Source: Lytechinus pictus (taxonomy: Eukaryota). From it: DNA of 64,000 nt. Positions 39,241-51,242 of the stretch are shown here, one piece after another. Made by a program: the position numbers and the translations under genes. The DNA lies in contig NC_087246.1 of the NCBI RefSeq assembly GCF_037042905.1, positions 7,566,001-7,630,000 on the forward strand, given 5' to 3'. Within the stretch, counting starts at the first letter, position 1. The number at the start of each line of letters is the position of its first letter. The notes below the pieces were generated by a model. The model was not told the DNA's origin, made no database searches, and saw only the letters and a list, made by a program, of their open reading frames with translations.

Positions 39241-42200
39241 GACTATGCGCATCTGACCTTGTCACCTACGTATATGAAGCACTTATGATATCAGGTTGGC
39301 TCGACGCGATCCATACTCGGCCACAAAACATTAGCATATGCTATCTTCCTTCCATATACCTCCAATACTTCTTGGCATGTCCAACTCAGATGGAAATTAT
39401 TCTGCTGATGGCACTACCACCTTGTCTCGCAATATAATTTCCTCATGGAGAGAAATGTTTCTTTACACTTTGACTGATGAACAAGTAATTGTCCCACCGA
39501 AGAGGATGATGACTAACTGTCTTGATATATTCCTCTGTTGCATCTGATATTGTTTGTCGAGCATACTGCATGTTTCACAGTGGTCTTGCTTTCCCACACT
39601 TATATGATTAACCCAGACAGTCTTAACTTAAATTTTGGACTAAATATTTGCCCTATGCCCGATTAATTCGGTAGAATTCTACCCAAGTCCAAGATATTGG
39701 AAACTTACAGTGTAAATATAATTGATTTATTTTCCTTAATCATCTAGAAATTGTTGCAAAATATGTAAATTATGACTCAAGTGCCCAGAATTATGATAAA
39801 ATAAAAGAGATACAGTGGCTTCTAATAAACTTGGGATTAGAATCATTATTTTTTGTTTTGTTTTGTTTAAAGATGCTGAAATATAATGGGCAAGAATGAT
39901 GAAAGAAGTCATTTCAAGCTGGTTGGAAAGATCTGTACCAACACCTTTTATTACATTGCTTTCTATTTTCCAGCCAAACTTTTTGATGTCCTGGTACAAC
40001 ATACAATATTTTGCATATTACCGCTTCATCTTCATGATAGGATGCGACGTTAATGATTAGTGTCAATTACAGAGATAACGATTTCTATTAAAATGTGTTG
40101 TTGTATAATCGACAAATGTACTGCTTCGTGATGTATTCACAAGTGGTACATGTACATGCAGTCGATGCTTGAAGCCGTTTCAGGTCTACTGTCCATGCTA
40201 TACAGTAAACATACTGTCAGTGCTGCTTTGGACTGTTTCAGGTCTACTGTGCATGCTATACAGTGACTAAGATGCTGCTTGAGGCTGTTTCAGCTCTACT
40301 GTACATGCTCTTCAAGTTGGTCAAAAATATCAAAACTTTACCGACAAGTATGGGTGTGGGCATTAATCGCCATTGCTTCCCAATGATGCTTTGTCATTGG
40401 GAACGATTTCAGCTTCCCTTTGCCCTAAAAGTCCATCCACTGCAATACCCTGTCTCATTTTCATAACAGGCGAGATCCTATATAATCATTAAATAGTAAG
40501 CACATTCAATGACCCAGTGATGATTTTTGTCAGTGTGTTAGCTGTGTCATGTATGAATAAATAGTATGAAGAAAAAAATCATATTAATCAAATCATGCAT
40601 ATCAGAAATAAGGTTTGTTACCTAGACACCATTATTATCATGCATGTATAATATTATTTTGACTGCTTTGTACTTTTTTGAGGCTAATGATATATTTTTT
40701 ACTCCCAGGTTTCATACTTTGACCAAGTTTTTACTATTTCCATTTAAATATTATGACCAGATGTTGTATTTAGTAATATTATCTATAGTTGCTATGGAAA
40801 ATGTGTTGCTTAGCAACTGTTGCTGTATATGGGTGGAACGTTGCTTGATATGTGATTGTAAAATTGGCACTTCGAAGTCAAAATATAGTTTTTAAAATGT
40901 AGATAACACCCCAAAATGGTGGTTGCTATGGTAAATATGTTACCTAGCAACTGTTGCTATACGAGGAGAGGTCAGGTTGGCACCCCCTGCTAAAAATGTT
41001 TAGCACTGTTTATTCTACCTGTCAGCCAAATTTCATGCTTGTACCATAATTTGAACAATTCTTGCTAATTTCTGCACGGATCATCCAGACTATAAGAGTA
41101 CACATACATGGCCGAAGACACGGACTTTTGTTCATGTACAATGCAAACAATGGGAAAAAAATCGACCCGGCTGTAGCCGGTATTAACGAGGACCTCCTGA
41201 TTCTTACAAGGAGCCTTCCGGAAGCATTCGGTAGCTAGTCGGATGCACAATATGACTACAAGGATAAACCCGGATGATTATCTGTCCGTGTACTCTGGGA
41301 TGAAAAATTGAACATGTTCAATTTTCTAGAAGGTCCTACTCTGATATTGAAAGAGTTATGTCCATTTCAGTAAACGATGGCCATCTTGGATGCCATCAGG
41401 AATATAACGTCTTTCCCGGACGCAAATTTGGATAGATTTTTATTGTTATTCCCGAAGTAAAAAGGTACAAAAACAATTGAAAAACATTTCGTTGCAATTT
41501 TTTCGGGAATATGGGTGTTTTGGGTTGTATATTGACCCGAATATGAGTATACCACCAAAGATTTCGCCCTGTTATTGGGATTTGGCTTCTACCTCATTTT
41601 GATTTAATTTGACATTTCTTTGTGTCATTCCACTGCGTGAGCATCTTCGATTTGCTTACTAACATGACTACTGAATATGTGTACGAATGATATAATAACA
41701 TTACCTTGTGTATCAGGTGGAGGGACACTGTGGCTGGGAAAATAATTACTCTCGTTCTCACGATCTCCTCCTAAATGAATATTTAAAATAAACACTCACT
41801 TTAAGTATTTATCAATATTAAAGGGTAGTTAGCATTAAAAAAAATCTTAGAGGAACCTGACCATGCTTCACGTTATATATATATATGTATATATATGATG
41901 AGCCTTGTATGTTTGACTTTTGTGTTATTAAAAATATACATTTGGATTAATTAATTTCATATTAGTTCAGTTTAATTGTAAGAAAAAAGTACTTAAAGAG
42001 CTTAAAATGTGCATAGGCCCTATATTTCAAAAAGAGGAACGTAATCATTATTTTTGATATTCCAACCAGCCAATGCCAGCAGATTCATTATCGTCTCCAA
42101 TTTAGTTGGGGGTTTTGTTCAAAATGTATTTGATATCAGTGGGCATAAAGCACATTGCTGATGAAAATATAAATAAGATTGATCATTAGGTTTCTTTCTT

Positions 42201-43217
42201 CAGCCAGCCTTTCCCCTTCCGCACGCATTTCTAAGCAAAAATTTGCAAAAACCTACCTTCATTTCTTTGACGTGTTGATTCTCTACGTAGATCCTGTCTA
42301 GACATGCTGAGTGGATGATTGCCTACATAATATAGATTTATAAAGCGTGTATAAATGTTTATTCTTGATATTTGTATATGTATATAGTTTTTTCTGCTAT
42401 TTGTTTTAATAATTAAAAAAAAGAAATTCATCAGTTTGTTAGATTATATAAATGCATATGTTATTAATAATGTAATTTGCTTATTATATTATGCTAAGAA
42501 AAAATGATTAAACTTGTATATACTTTTGTTATTGGAATGTGGAAATAAATAGATCAAATCAAATCAAAACATTCAGAGATTTGACTACACAATAAGTCAG
42601 GGAGGTCAAGTTTTTGTTTCATATATACATACACCCACTTACCCCCTTAAGGACGTTCCACAGTTAAAATGAAGTCCATGTCATTCTCACCAAATTTTGC
42701 AGAGAGTTACTTTGGTATCTCTGCATTATGAAAATGCCAAAAATAATCGCCGTATTTGAATGATATAAAATATTGCGCAATCATGAGAATTATGCCTCTC
42801 TTATACCTCACGAATTCACCAAATGAGTTTGAATCATCTTCACTCTCTCTAGTATGTCCTTAATGACTTAGCTGAGTTGAGATGCCCTATCCTTTTCCAT
42901 TCCCCTGGTAACAATTGAAGAGCTTTCAGAAGCCATAGTGATCCAACAGAAGAATAAGACTCAATGTATAGGCAATTTAGGATTATTGAAGACAGATACA
43001 ATAAAGATCCAAGGTAATCATGATACGCTCTAGTGATTATTAAATATCTGAGTCTGTGGTCCTCTTCAGGAACTACTGGTTAGAGTCATATAGCTTTCAC
43101 CAAGCATAGATGGGACTGAAGTAGAAGAAAAGAAGTTTCAGCTTGGATTTTGAAGTAGAAATTATGGGGTTTTACTAACTCTTTCTCAATAGAAAAACCA
43201 TCAAAATGCTCGTGGTT

Positions 43218-43492
43218 ACTTTCAGAATGTGTAACTTAGTAGATACCAAAGTAGGAGAAAGTCTTTTAATTGGTAAATCAATATCTATTCGGAGTCAGCA
43301 GTGCCCCCATTTGGCAAGTATGGTGCAAAAACTCGGAAAAAACAATATTGCATAAAACTTCATCAAACTTTCAGAATGTGTAACATAGTAGATACCAAAG
43401 TAGGAGAAAGTCTTTTAATTGGTAAATCTATATCTATTCGGAGTCAGCAGTGCCCTCATTTGGCAAGTATGGTGCAAAAACTCGGAAAAACA
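43218..43492. repeat. 149-bp-period tandem duplication
   Basis: ACTTTCAGAATGTGTAAC occurs at 43218 and 43367. Confidence 0.95.
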
Positions 43493-44993
43493 AATCTTCA
43501 AAGACGTGAATCTACTCAAAAATTAAAAAAGTATAGTTTAAGCGGCACTTTATTCAAAATCCATGTCATTTTCATAAAATTCGGCTAAACTGTAAAGAAA
43601 TGTATATGGAAGATGTAGGGAAGTTACAAATAGAGGGTCCATGTGCTCGTTCTTTAACTATAAGTGTCCAAAATGTTGCGAGTTGGCTTTAAAATCGCCT
43701 AAAATGCGCCGAAAACATGCAAATGTCTAATAACACAGTCTAAATTGCGAATGATTCCGTAATCTTGTTCCCAAACTTCGGGAAAGATAACAAATACTCA
43801 ACCTCAAAAATGTCAAATTTCAATAACAAATTTGAGGAGTAAAAGAAATTCTTCACATTATTCAAAACCCATGTCATTTTCACCAAACTTTGCAAAGTTG
43901 TAGAGGAAGGTATACATAGGAGGTGTAAACATTAAAAATATGGGTTCATATGCTTGTTTTCAAACTATCATCACTCTTAGTAGAGTAAATGTGCTTCTTA
44001 AAACACCCCCAAAACACGCCAAAAGCTTTGAATCTGTGAGAAAAAATTCCGAACCACTCTATCATTTATTTTATTCAAACTCGGGGTCATATTCATCATA
44101 CTTTGCAGCACTACAGAGAAAATTATTTTGAAATTGTAGAGGAATAAAAAGAATGGTCCATGGAATACTGTAGAAGCTGTTATTTTCGCGTACAGAATTT
44201 TTCGCGAATCGTGGTGGTCCCGACATTTTCGCGGGTTGTTAAATTCGCGATCGGAAGATGTAGAAAACATTTCCACAGCACTTAAAAGAAGTAAAACTAG
44301 TGCAAATCACGTGCATATCTCTACTCCTCATTCCCATTTTGCTGATGTGTCTTTTGTACATAAATATGTCCCTGTAAAAACAGTTACAAACTGTGGAAAA
44401 GGGTGGTTTAAATTTCATTTTTTTACCTTTAGATCTAAAAATTCATCATGCCACAGTATGATCTGTAATTTATAGGGTTAAGCAATCTTTGGAATTTGTG
44501 TTTTGTTCCATTAATTTCTTCAAAAAGTTGGTAAAAGTGCAAAAATGTGGAATTTTGTGAACAGAATCTTCACCTCTAAAAGCTCTGGTCATGTGACTTA
44601 TGAATATTAATGAGTATGCAAATAGCTGCCAATACGTGTGTATAGAGTCAATCAGATGACAATAAAATCAAATTATTTCATGGAAAATACATTTTAGTAT
44701 TACAGTGAGTGTATAGATATTGATAAAATAATGTTAGAAAATACTTTAGGCTCTGATTTTGTTTGAGAAATTAAAAAAAGTGAAATTCTAGGTAACTTTT
44801 TGAATCACTTACTGTACTTTCTAAGCCTTATTTTTTGTACATATAGAGGTGCATAGACGTTTTGGCGGGAAATACAAGCGGAGGCTGGAGTCAACAAAGC
44901 AGCACTGATTTGAGCTATATTATCTGTGGATATATATGAATTTGGAATATACGAATCTTAGTTCAGTAAAAGAGAAAGTCGTCTGAGAAGCTT

Positions 44994-46632
44994 ATGAACC
45001 AACTCTTTCGATTCGGACAGCGGATTGGTAAGCCTGTCAGCGAAATTCAAAAGCACATTTACAGTAAACTAACCAGCATACTAACAAAACCCAATGTTAA
45101 CGGTACTTCTAATAATATTCAAACTATCCAAACAGAGGTAATGGAAACGGAAGATACAGATATTTCTTCTGGAGAAGAAGCGTATTACCAAGCCGCAATT
45201 GGTAAGGTAACGAATACCCCGAGCCTTAATAGAAAACAAGGTATATTCCAATCTCATCTCAATAACACAAATGATAGAGAGAGTTCTACAGAAGTTGAGA
45301 GTGAAATGGAGTGGCGAAAAGTGGAGAGAAAAAAGAGAAAGGCAAGTACAAGAACTATAAATGAAGATGACAAAAGAGTTAGGAAAGGAAGTTTCGAAAA
45401 CAAAGAACAATGAAGAAGGGTCGTATTCAAATCGTAAAAAAGGTAAGGAACAGAATATCAGAAATGAGAAAAAATCTATGATAGTAGAAATAAGAGATGT
45501 TGGTGAGAAATCATGCATAAGCAAAATAAGCCCAGCAAGACTCATTAAAGAAATTACCTCGAAGTATGGAGAGGTGAGTAAAATTATGAAAGAAAAGGGA
45601 AGCCTGAAAGTTACTTGTATTGATGAAACACAGATGAAAAAGATTTTAGAAATGACTGAACTAATTCACACCCCTGTAAAGGTTGCACAATATATGCCCA
45701 TAACTCAAATCCGTGGTGTTATTCATAAAGTAGATACCCTAATCACGGAGGAAGAACTAAATGAGCTCCTGAAAGAACAAGGTGTGACGTATGTAAAGAG
45801 ATTCAATAAAAGAATAAATGGTGAATTATCACCAACCCCTTCTGTTCTACTAGTATTCAAAGGGCCAAATCTTCCACACCATGTCTCCTTTCTATACCAA
45901 AAATATGTAGTTGATGAGTTTGTCCCTACTGTAACAAGATGCCACAAATGCCAGCAATTTGGGCACATCCAAAAGAATTGCAAGGGTCATTTAAGATGTG
46001 TACGATGTGGTGAGGCCCACACTTTTGAAATGTGCCCCAATAAAGATCACCCAAAATGCTTGAGATGTAACCTTAATCATTCAGCGGCCTATCAAGGATG
46101 TACCTATTATAAGGAAGCAAAAAATATTCAACATGTCAGCTTGCAAAATAATTTAACTTATGCTCAAGCAACAAAAATATACCATCAAGAAAAAAGAGAA
46201 GAAAATCATTCAAAAGATCGTGATTCACCAAACAAGAATATAATCAAACCCCCCAAAAGAAAGAAAATCCCTGATCAACCGAATACTTCGGAAGCTGACG
46301 TAGAACAAATACCAATTACGGTAAAGAGGTCGACCGTAAAAACGGCGACCATGTCCACACAAACAGAAACGGCGGAAAAGTCTGTTCAGACAGATGCGCA
46401 AGAATTTACTTCTAATCATAGGCCTAATGAAGCAGAAGAATCTGGGCCTGTAATTCCCGCATCCACAGAAAATGCTAGAGTCGATTTTTTGGCTTTCATC
46501 ACTTTTATTGTAAATAACCTTGACAAAGAAACTTCACATTCAAACAGAATTAGATTAGTGGTTGATGCAGCCAAGCGATGCTTAGACATCAATGAGGTGT
46601 CTCCAGAGATGATCCACGATCGTCTTCAGTAA
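44994..46632 (+). CDS. LINE ORF1 (gag-like, three zinc knuckles), split into two overlapping frames at ~45361-45413
   Basis: CHKCQQFGHIQKNC, CVRCGEAHTFEMC and CLRCNLNHSAAYQGC, plus the RGVI motif. The WRKVERKKRK N-terminal part is in the upstream frame. Confidence 0.88.
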
Positions 46633-49600
46633 TAAAGACAGCTCAAAGACTATCAACGCTCGGACTTTCAATATTTTACAATGGAATGCCCAAAGCATGA
46701 ATGCCCACGGTCCAGACTTTTACAAAGAGCTAATAGAAAGTGTAGAATTAAACTCACTCCCTGCCTTGATATGTTTACAAGAAACGTGGTTCACTGATTT
46801 CAATATATTAGCAATTCCAGATTTCATCCCAGTAATAAAAAATAGAGGCCAAGGAGGAAGAGGAGGAATTGCAATATATGTGCATAAAACAGTTACTTTC
46901 AAAGAAGTTAATTTCCCTCAAATCAAGGAATATCAAAGAATTGACATTTTCACTTATGACAAGGTCATTTCATTAATCAATTATTATAATCCCTGTCAGA
47001 AGATAGAATTGCGCGATTTAGAAGATTTGATTGCAAATTGTTCAAAAAACATAATAATTACAGGTGATTTCAATTCACACAACCCTCTGTGGGGTAGCAT
47101 AAAGCGAGATAGTAATGGGACATTAGTTGAAAACTTTATAACAAAACATGATTTAGTAGTATTGAATGATGGGACACCTACCAGAATGGACATCCATACA
47201 GGGACAAGGTCTTGCCTAGACTTAACAATTGCTTCGAAGGAAATTGCCAGCAAACTAAAATGGAACGTGCTAGGAAATTTCGGGAGTGATCACAATGTCA
47301 TCAAGTGCTCATTGCACGAAATAGAATATGTAGATCATGATATCAATCATCATGAAAAGAATTGGTCCTTCAAGCATGTAAACTGGGACATATATCGGGA
47401 AAAAATGAAACATAAATTTAGTAAAATAAAGATATTACAATTTTCACACGATCTGAATATTCAAGATAAATACAATTTGATTTTGCAGATAATTAACGAA
47501 GTGGCAGAAGAAACCCTTCGCAAAGCAGGCCGAAATCGAAAAGCCAAAAACCCAGTTCCTTGGTGGACACTAGAATACCAAGAAGCAATTAAAGAAAGAA
47601 ATAAATATAGAAATCGATTAAATAGACATTTTAGAAAGGAGGACTTGGAAATGTATAGGAAAAAGAAAGCATATGCCCAAAAAATAAAGAGACGAACACA
47701 AAAGGAATACTGGTTAAATTACTGTCAGTCTTTGAAGAGAACATCCAACTTAGGAAAAGTATGGGAAATGGTAAAAGGACTACAAAATGGTTCTGTCTCA
47801 AAACATATATTTCCCAATTTATTAACAAAAAACAATACACCAGTAGCTAATGCTCAAGAAAAGGCAGAATTGGTTGCTAAGGCTTTTAAAAAGATAGACA
47901 ATCGATTAGACAATGACGAGATTATTAGAAGAAATTCATTTGAAAATTTAATACAAAATACGATCATAGAAAGCTGCTCCTCTGAATCACCTCTTGATGA
48001 TGAATTTACATACGATGAATTAACAAGCGCTGTTAAAGAAATGAAAAATTCTGCAGCAGGAACAGATGGAATTAAATCAATTATGATACAACACCTACCG
48101 AAAATAGCTCTTCAGTTCATATTAGTTTTAGTAAACAATATTTGGAATTCCTCAACTCTACCCTCAGATTGGCATTTTTCTACCCAGATCCCTGTACTTA
48201 AACCAGGTAAAGACCCAACAAACCCTTCATCATATCGACCTATTTCCTTGACATCAACTTTCTCCAAACTGATGGAAAGAATGGTTAAAAATAGACTTGT
48301 ATGGTTCATGGAGCGATATAGTATCCTGACACCAACACAGGCAGGATTTAGAAAAAATAGAAGTTCTTTAGATCAGCTCCTTAGATTAGAAACGGACATA
48401 CAGAAAGGATTAGCTAACAAGGAGTATGTCCTAGTTATTTTCATTGACCTTGAAAAGGCATACGACCTTTTATGGAGAAAGGGAATAGTATTTAAATGTC
48501 ATCAAGCTGGTATAAAAGGAAAAATGTTACAGTGGATTAATTCATTTTTACAAGATCGATATTGCAAGGTAAAAATTAATGGCCAGTTATCTTCACAATT
48601 TGTTCTGGAAAATGGAACGCCCCAAGGTAGTGTTATTAGTCCAATTTTGTTCAATTTAATGCTGAATGATCTAAAACTGATAGAAAAATCTGTTAAAATC
48701 TCTATGTATGCCGATGATATTGCCGTATGGTGCTCAGGCAGAAATCTTGACTTTTTACAAAAGAAAATGCAGAAAGCTATAAAAGAAATTGAACAGTGGT
48801 GCTCAACCTGGAGTATGATTATTTCACCTCAAAAGTCTGCTGTTATGATTTTTACCAATAGGCAGCATATAGAGGTAAATATTAAGGTTAAAGATAACTC
48901 TATACCACAATACAAAGAATATAAGTTTCTGGGTATTTGGTTTGATGTGAAACTCACTTGGAAAAAGCACATCGATTATATAAAACTCAGATGTTCAAAA
49001 AGAATCAATTTGTTACGGTGTATAGCAGGAACAAGTTGGGGAAATAATAAAACGATTCTATATATAATATACAAAGGTCTTATTAGATCCATATTAGACT
49101 ACGGATGTGAGTTATACGACTCGGCTAGCCTTTCGCTAAAACAAGAATTAGATTCAATCCAATATCAGTCACTGAAAATAATAACTGGTGCAGCATATAA
49201 CCCTGCCCTTGAAGCACTACAGGTAGAATGTGGTGAAAGACCTTTACAACTAAGAAGAGAACTGTCTGTTGACAAATACATGTTTTATCTTTTAACAAAC
49301 AGAGATAGTCATCATCCTACTTTAGAAATTATTGAACCTTCCTGGTATACTGATAAATTTACTTGGAAATCAGGTCGTGGACCCTTTGTAGTCAGAGCGT
49401 GTAAGCCAAATGAAGAGATCCAAATTGAACAACTAAGCCAAAGAATATTACGAGAACCTTTTTGGTCATATGAAATACCTAGTATATCTTACTATATCCA
49501 TAAGATTATCAATAAACAACGTAACTTAGTACAAGATATGAAAAACTGTGTCTTAGAAAGGATACATACAAGATGGAAAGGTTACTTAAATATCTACACT

Positions 49601-50422
49601 GATGGATCAAAACAAGAAGACAAGAGAACCGGCTCTGCTTTTTATATACCAGAACTGGATATTAAAAGATTCTATAGATTAAATTCTGTAAGTATAATGA
49701 GAGCCGAATTAACAGCAATAGTAATGGCACTAGATTGGCTAGGAGATAACAGAGGTATGTCCGTGGTAATTTTTACAGATTCGTTGTCTGCTCTTCAAGC
49801 ACTTGAAAGCAATCGTATACAAAACAATCTTATCGTTGATATCTTGTATAAAATCAAAGTTTTACAATTATCAGATATTTATGTCAATTTTGAATGGATA
49901 CCATCCCATTGTGGTATTCACGGGAACGATGTGGCAGACCTTTTAGCAAAAAAAGGAACATCAAAAGAACAAGTTGAATTAAACATTCCATATATCAAAG
50001 AGGAATGGAAAACCCACATGTCTTTGATTTATAAAGAAATCTGGCATGCTCAATGGGTATCCTCATCTAAAGGAAGACATTTATTTAGCATCCAACCCAA
50101 CGTGGCAGATACAATTAGTTATCAAGGTCTCATTCGGTTTGAAGAGACTATGTTACACCGTTTAAGACTCGGAAAATGTAAATTGAATTATTATCTGTAT
50201 AAATTTAATCAACATGAAAATGGTCTTTGTTCCCATTGTCAGGTTCCTGAGACAATAGAACATTTTTTACTACAATGTAAGAAATATGAAAGTGAAAGAA
50301 GAATTATGCAAAGAAGCATGAAATTAAACAAGCCAATATCAGATCTGGCAACTTTATTGGGAAGAAATGCAGATTATAAAGTCATCCTGAATTACGTGAA
50401 AAAAACAAAGAGATTCGAATAA
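46613..50422 (+). CDS. LINE ORF2: APE endonuclease, reverse transcriptase, RNase H and C-terminal zinc finger; uninterrupted
   Basis: Motifs ILQWNA, LQETW, GDFNSH, SDH; YRPISLTS, QAGFR, PQGSVISP, YADD; YTDGSK, RAEL, FTDS, WIPSHCGIHGNDVAD; CSHC..EHFLLQC. The frame is open from 46613 and its first ATG is at 46697. Confidence 0.96.
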   Translation, partial: STIVFSNKDSSKTINARTFNILQWNAQSMNAHGPDFYKELIESVELNSLPALICLQETWFTDFNILAIPDFIPVIKNRGQGGRGGIAIYVHKTVTFKEVNFPQIKEYQRIDIFTYDKVISLINYYNPCQKIELRDLEDLIANCSKNIIITGDFNSHNPLWGSIKRDSNGTLVENFITKHDLVVLNDGTPTRMDIHTGTRSCLDLTIASKEIASKLKWNVLGNFGSDHNVIKCSLHEIEYVDHDINHHEKNWSFKHVNWDIYREKMKHKFSKIKILQFSHDLNIQDKYNLILQIINEVAEETLRKAGRNRKAKNPVPWWTLEYQEAIKERNKYRNRLNRHFRKEDLEMYRKKKAYAQKIKRRTQKEYWLNYCQSLKRTSNLGKVWEMVKGLQNGSVSKHIFPNLLTKNNTPVANAQEKAELVAKAFKKIDNRLDNDEIIRRNSFENLIQNTIIESCSSESPLDDEFTYDELTSAVKEMKNSAAGTDGIKSIMIQHLPKIALQFILVLVNNIWNSSTLPSDWHFSTQIPVLKPGKDPTNPSSYRPISLTSTFSKLMERMVKNRLVWFMERYSILTPTQAGFRKNRSSLDQLLRLETDIQKGLANKEYVLVIFIDLEKAYDLLWRKGIVFKCHQAGIKGKMLQWINSFLQDRYCKVKINGQLSSQFVLENGTPQGSVISPILFNLMLNDLKLIEKSVKISMYADDIAVWCSGRNLDFLQKKMQKAIKEIEQWCSTWSMIISPQKSAVMIFTNRQHIEVNIKVKDNSIPQYKEYKFLGIWFDVKLTWKKHIDYIKLRCSKRINLLRCIAGTSWGNNKTILYIIYKGLIRSILDYGCELYDSASLSLKQELDSIQYQSLKIITGAAYNPALEALQVECGERPLQLRRELSVDKYMFYLLTNRDSHHPTLEIIEPSWYTDKFTWKSGRGPFVVRACKPNEEIQIEQLSQRILREPFWSYEIPSISYYIHKIINKQRNLVQDMKNCVLERIHTRWKGYLNIYTDGSKQEDKRTGSAFYIPELDIKRFYRLNSVSIMRAELTAIVMALDWLGDNRGMSVVIFTDSLSALQALESNRIQNNLIVDILYKIKVLQLSDIYVNFEWIPSHCGIHGNDVADLLAKKGTSKEQVELNIPYIKEEWKTHMSLIYKEIWHAQWVSSSKGRHLFSIQPNVADTISYQGLIRFEETMLHRLRLGKCKLNYYLYKFNQHENGLCSHCQVPETIEHFLLQCKKYESERRIMQRSMKLNKPISDLATLLGRNADYKVILNYVKKTKRFE

Positions 50423-51145
50423 GAATATTCCACTGAACTCTCTCCATCTCTTTCTCTCTCTCTCATCCTTTTGTTCTGATGATTAGTGATAACTCTTAGT
50501 CTACTAAAATTGAGCTTCGACCTAGCTTCTTATATAAGCTTGCATACTATGAAGTACAAAAACGCACAATTTAATGGTGGTGGTAACTAATCATAATTAT
50601 ATTGCACCTCGCTATATCAGACTAGTCTAACGCCGAGGACATTGATGCGGGAATTAAGCAACTAACTCGGAAACGACCTGGCGCAGATAATCTACCAGAT
50701 TGAAGAGCGCCAACTTAACTCCAACACCAACCAACCAACCAACCGTGCATATCTCTGATTTCTCATTACACAGGATGTTGTCAATAGCAAAGCTTTGTTG
50801 TTGGTGACATAAGCACTGACTAAGAAGTGTGTCAATATTTTCGCGTGTTGTTAAATTCGCGGCCGATCGGCAATACGCGAAATCCGCGAAAATAAGACCC
50901 CCGCGAAAATTACAGCTTATACAGTAATTCCAGTTTCTTAGCTTCATACACATCGGATCTGCAGTTAGTGCAGATAAGGAGAAAAATCGGCTAATATACC
51001 TACAGCTGATTAATCGCCAGTTCATCCATTGTGATGTCAGCGCGCGGAGTGTAAAATATGCGCAGATCATGATGCGCACAAACATAACTGTGGAACGTCC
51101 TTAAACACACATATACATATAAATAACACACATATACACATATAC

Positions 51146-51210
<65 letters not shown>

Positions 51211-51242
51211 GAGATGAAGCGAGGCTAACTCAATAGACGACG

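Larger units (their letters stand above)
36281..41092 (-). mobile_element. Academ-like DNA transposon, decayed
   Basis: Termini TAGTCTAGGTGA / TCATCCAGACTA, long imperfect TIRs, TAA TSD, and repeated GTTGCTA/TAGCAAC subterminal motifs. Minus-strand remnants F*GKGKLK (~40420), FGWKIE (~39975) and a Cys-rich stretch (~39570). Confidence 0.72.
44856..50744 (+). mobile_element. Near full-length I-group (Nimb-like) non-LTR retrotransposon
   Basis: ORF1 plus ORF2, a (CCAA)n tail, and GTGCATA at 44849-44855 and 50745-50751. The 5' boundary may instead be 44323. Confidence 0.92.
44168..50924. mobile_element. TA-flanked MITE split by the LINE
   Basis: TIR CTGTAGAAGCTGTTATTTTCGCG / CGCGAAAATTACAGCTTATACAG, with TA on both sides. 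Confidence 0.85.
42651..51100. mobile_element. Kolobok-like non-autonomous element hosting nested insertions
   Basis: Perfect 16-bp TIR GGACGTTCCACAGTTA / TAACTGTGGAACGTCC, with TTAA on both sides. Confidence 0.88.
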
